Part shown: piece after piece, positions 31,987 to 33,791 of the stretch | How the letters are laid out: the number at the start of each line of letters is the position of its first letter | How positions within the stretch are numbered: position 1 is the first letter of the stretch | Assembly: GCF_001194135.2 (NCBI RefSeq) | Contig: NC_068986.1 | Span: forward strand, 72,296,516-72,330,306 | Direction: 5' to 3' | DNA: 33,791 nt | Origin: Octopus bimaculoides | Taxonomy: Eukaryota | Notes under the pieces: model-generated | Database searches by the model: none | Told to the model about the DNA's origin: nothing | What the model saw: the letters and a program-made list of their open reading frames with translations, nothing else | Program-made: the position numbers and the translations under genes

Positions 31987-33084
31987 CCCAAGCACCTGAA
32001 GACTAGTGTGAAGTGAGTCATCTTCATCTTGTTTTTGGTGTTTGTTTTATGCAGCTTTGAGTTCTTAAACACCTTCTGTAACATGCTGGTTGGTACCATA
32101 GCATAGTTATCAGATGTCTGTAGTGATCTTGTAACCATATGAACTCTTAAAGAGGCAATTTCAGAACTGTCAGCTTGAGTGTTCCAATCAGAAACATATA
32201 CTTCACTTACGATACAATCACTCAGAATATTTTATTGTACTCTAGAGTATGTACTGACAATGTGACAATAAATAGCATGAAATAAATGGTTACTCAACCT
32301 AGTCATATGTATGTCAACTAAATATGTCTATACACGCGATGAGAATTTAAATAAAACATGTTTGTTTCTGATGAAATGTTTGAGAATATTTTGTAGATAT
32401 TTAAATAAAATAGACTAGTTTGTTCATTATTTGTTCAGTAAATTTTATGTATGCATAACAAGAGTAGCAAACACATGTGCTGAAATGCCGTTTGTCACCA
32501 ATGTGTATAGGTTTAGTGCAGCTCACGCATATTTTTGTATATATGATGTGCATGTGTCGGACTCCTACACACTCTCTGATTTATTGTTTCTATTTTCTCT
32601 TTTTCTCTGCCAGTCTCTTTTTTGCTCATACAAACATGCAGACATTCTAGATCCAATCATCACTGGAACTGTAAAAATCTGTAAAACTTACCAGAAGTTT
32701 ACTATTTAAGTACATATGAGCATGTCTAGATATGCAACTACATGCATGAGAATACATACATGAAACAAAACATACAAATCTGCACATACATACATACAAA
32801 AATACTCTATTGATGTTGTTGAAATTCCAATGAAGGAGCTGTGGATCTAGGTTACAAACCAGGTCTTTCTCTATTGGTAAGAAATCTTAAAATAAATCTG
32901 AATAATCACACACACAAACACACACACATACATACATATGTATGTGCATATGCACATTGTGTGTGTACGTCGTCTGTGTGTGTGTGTGTACACAAACAAA
33001 TGCATGGATTGTCCCAAATGTAATGCAAGTGGGCATAACTTTTTTATTATTGTCTGACACCAGTCATTCAAATAGCACATGTTC

Positions 33085-33470
33085 CTCTGTACCAAGTACT
33101 ACTCAACATCACAAGCAATGCATTTATATCATTGTTGACCCCCACCTGTTAAATCCTCTTTGAAAAATTTATGGTGTGCACTGATTACCGACTTTTTGAT
33201 GACCACTGTCATCCTGTCTACGTCATCAAATTTTTGTTCTTGAAGACTGTCCTTTATCAGAATGAAGAAGTGGGGCATTGGAAGGCATAACATCTGCACT
33301 TTATGGTGGATGGGGAACCACTGACCTGCCCAATTTGCCATTTGTCTATAAAGGCTTCTCTAAGCATTTTGAATATCTCAGCGTATTGCTCACTGTCCAT
33401 GGCACAGTCAGTTTCAAAGAGAATGATGCCCCTTGTCATCCCCCCAAACACTCAGCACAACACTTTATTG
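33085..33470 (-). mobile_element. Decayed mariner-type transposase C-terminal relic
   Basis: Minus strand: ..RGIILFE, PHPP*SADVMPSN (cf. PHPPYSPDLAPSD), HFFILIKDSLQEQKFDDV, KFFKE, *KCIAC..EY-like ending. Confidence 0.75.
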
Positions 33471-33515
33471 TCACCAAACCTTCAGACAACATCCTCGCCA
33501 ATTAAAGCAGCTTGA

Positions 33516-33581
<66 letters not shown>
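33516..33581. repeat. (TAC)n(TAA)n compound microsatellite
   Basis: Direct reading. Confidence 0.95.
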
Positions 33582-33582
<1 letters not shown>

Positions 33583-33791
33583 TCCAGGGAGACACGCTCT
33601 CTCCACTCCTGTTCTGCCTGGCACTCACACCTCTAACAGAATTGCTAAATAGAACTGGATGTGGTTACAAATGCTATGGAAAAACAGTCAGCCACCTTCT
33701 ATATATGGATGACCTAAAATTATATGCAAAAAACGACAAAGAGCTAGAAACACTACTACAGACAGTACACGGCTTTACCAAGGAAATAGAA
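33582..33791 (+). mobile_element. 5'-truncated R4/Dong-clade LINE, RT domain; continues beyond the window
   Basis: 70 codons with no stop: FQGDTLSPLLFCLALTPLTELLNRTGCGYKCYGKTVSHLLYMDDLKLYAKNDKELETLLQTVHGFTKEIE; YMDD at 33702-33713; directly abuts (TAA)n. Confidence 0.9.

Overview
This is AT-rich, repeat-saturated eukaryotic DNA with five N-gaps, each flanked by microsatellites. The SINE families and composition point to an octopus genome (inference, not checked). No intact protein-coding gene is visible, and nearly all supplied ORFs come from microsatellites, N-runs or the antisense strand of repeats. Recognisable content: (1) decayed non-LTR retroelements of several clades (RTE x3, Penelope-like x2, CRE-like, R4/Dong-like x2); (2) a Ty3/gypsy gag-protease fragment and a cluster of LTR-like repeats; (3) DNA transposon relics (Tigger/pogo element and MITE, mariner, two piggyBac-type MITEs); (4) about 20 SINE copies, including a dense nested array at 9.7-12.7 kb; (5) two candidate + strand exons of an unidentified host gene. 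The most striking feature is a 382-bp foldback (153-bp arms, 11 mismatches, no indels) with a minimal type-I hammerhead ribozyme motif in its loop. Four more degenerate hammerhead-like motifs of different sequence occur in the window, plus a fifth, very weak trace inside a Penelope-like relic. All element calls come from motif recognition by eye, not from database searches.
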